64,000 nucleotides of DNA, taken from the NCBI RefSeq assembly GCF_964204645.1, contig NC_134030.1, positions 21,288,210-21,352,209 on the forward strand, given 5' to 3'. The notes under the pieces are model-generated. The model saw only the letters and a list, made by a program, of their open reading frames with translations. It was not told where the DNA came from and searched no databases. This DNA is from Tubulanus polymorphus. Lineage: Eukaryota > Animalia > Nemertea. The position numbers and the translations under genes are program-made. Below are positions 62,896 to 64,000 of the stretch, in pieces. Numbering within the stretch: position 1 is the first letter of the stretch; each line of letters opens with the position of its first letter.

Positions 62896-63230
62896 AACCA
62901 CCTGGTGTTAAGTGGATGAACTAATTAATGTAACTCAATGCAAAGTTTAATGTAAATTGATTGTATATTGTTGTATGATCCACTGGATGTTGTTTTATTT
63001 TATCAATAAAAATCAATTCAACATTGAACATCTCTCTCTCTGCGATATTGTAAAATATTACGATATTATTCGGGTGAATTTTGAGTATATCGCCGCAGGA
63101 AGAAGAAAACGACTTTGATTCGATTCGTTTCGAATCGCAATTTTATTGGAGTAAAACTGTGTTTCACAAAGAATCCATTCCTATCTCTATCAAGACAATG
63201 TTAGTAAACTGATGGAACTCGTGAAAGTGG

Positions 63231-64000
63231 TCAATCCTTTCTGCGCGCTCGTATCGCGGCCATTAACGCGTCTCTTGGGTCCTCAGCTGGAGCTGGTCTT
63301 GGTGGCGGAGCTGCGGGTTTAGGTGCCGATGCGGCTGGAGCGGGCGGCACAGAGGGTCCTGGCGGTTGCGGAGGAGCCGGTGGTGCTACCGCGGCTGGAG
63401 GAGGAGGGGCAGGAGCTAAAGGAGGAGGTGGAGCTGGAGTTGCTGGGGGTGGTGCTGCTGGTGGGGGAGGGGCAGGAGCTGCTGCTGCTGGTGGGGGAGG
63501 GACAGGAGCCGCCGGGGGAGGAGCTACTGGTGGGGGAGGGGCAGGAGCCGCCGGGGGAGGAGCTACCGGGGGAGGTGGTGCTGGAGCTGCTGGAGGAGGC
63601 ACAGTTAGAGGAGGTTGTGGCACCGGGGCTGGTGATACAAGAGTAGGCGGGACCGGATTCGCAAGGGGCGGCGGTGGTGGGGCGGCTACCCGTGGGGCGG
63701 GGGCGAACGAAGATGGAGCCGCTTTTGGGTGAGCGCGAGCTTGAGCTAATATAGAGTGTAGTCGAGGTAAATGCGACTCAGGCGCCGGTAACATCGGATA
63801 AGTCTCTTCATCATCATCGTCATCACCGTAACTATCAAACTCATCGTCTGGATACTCGTCGTAATAGTGAAACTGTTGATTCTCGTCCCACCAACCGTCA
63901 TCGTTATAGTACGTTCCTTTCTCGTGATTGTACCAGTAACCGTCGTGTCGGCTGTGTCGAGTAGCGGCCGCCAGTCTAGCGTGTCTGCTGACGCCGGCGA
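63231..64000 (-). CDS. C-terminal part of an acidic/aromatic, polyproline, WH2-like protein (5' end lies off the right edge)
   Basis: The frame is open from the edge: ..HDGYWYNHEKGTYYNDDGWWDENQQFHYYDEYPDDEFDSYGDDDDEE.., then PPPP/APPPP tracts, ending DPRDALMAAIRARRKD-stop. Minus-strand AATAAA at ~63142-63147. Confidence 0.8.
   Translation of the reverse strand, partial: AGVSRHARLAAATRHSRHDGYWYNHEKGTYYNDDGWWDENQQFHYYDEYPDDEFDSYGDDDDDEETYPMLPAPESHLPRLHSILAQARAHPKAAPSSFAPAPRVAAPPPPPLANPVPPTLVSPAPVPQPPLTVPPPAAPAPPPPVAPPPAAPAPPPPVAPPPAAPVPPPPAAAAPAPPPPAAPPPATPAPPPPLAPAPPPPAAVAPPAPPQPPGPSVPPAPAASAPKPAAPPPRPAPAEDPRDALMAAIRARRKD

Noticed and set aside
63323-63646. 107-aa Glu/Gly/Leu-rich plus-strand ORF
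   Set aside because: Antisense shadow of the polyproline coding region.

Overview
Eukaryotic, AT-rich, intron-containing genomic DNA from an invertebrate; the gene content suggests a marine lophotrochozoan (inference). Genes: (1) three ~1,900-aa GRL101/LGR-type GPCR paralogues with an extended CUB / C-type lectin / LDLa / LRR ectodomain (A: <1-6548 minus, runs off the left edge; B: 34708-40798 minus; C: 52974-59530 plus), each with 3 exons and phase-0 introns; (2) two tandem 9-exon genes for secreted two-VWA-domain proteins (11758-23356 and 25382-33383, plus), each with a 12-nt microexon and a C-terminal furin site; (3) a 5-exon carnosine synthase-like ATP-grasp gene (43288-50495) between the divergent B and C receptors; (4) the 3' end of a proline-rich, WH2-like protein gene at the right edge. 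Non-coding DNA is rich in MITEs, tRNA-derived SINEs and satellites. The most striking non-coding signal is two intronic arrays of a 69-bp unit in which each unit matches a minimal type-I hammerhead ribozyme. Two further, unrelated hammerhead-bearing hairpin elements lie in the carnosine synthase introns. The receptor paralogues show alternating near-identical and hypervariable blocks, consistent with gene conversion plus diversification. All exon structures were worked out by eye from splice consensus and reading frame; no database search was run.
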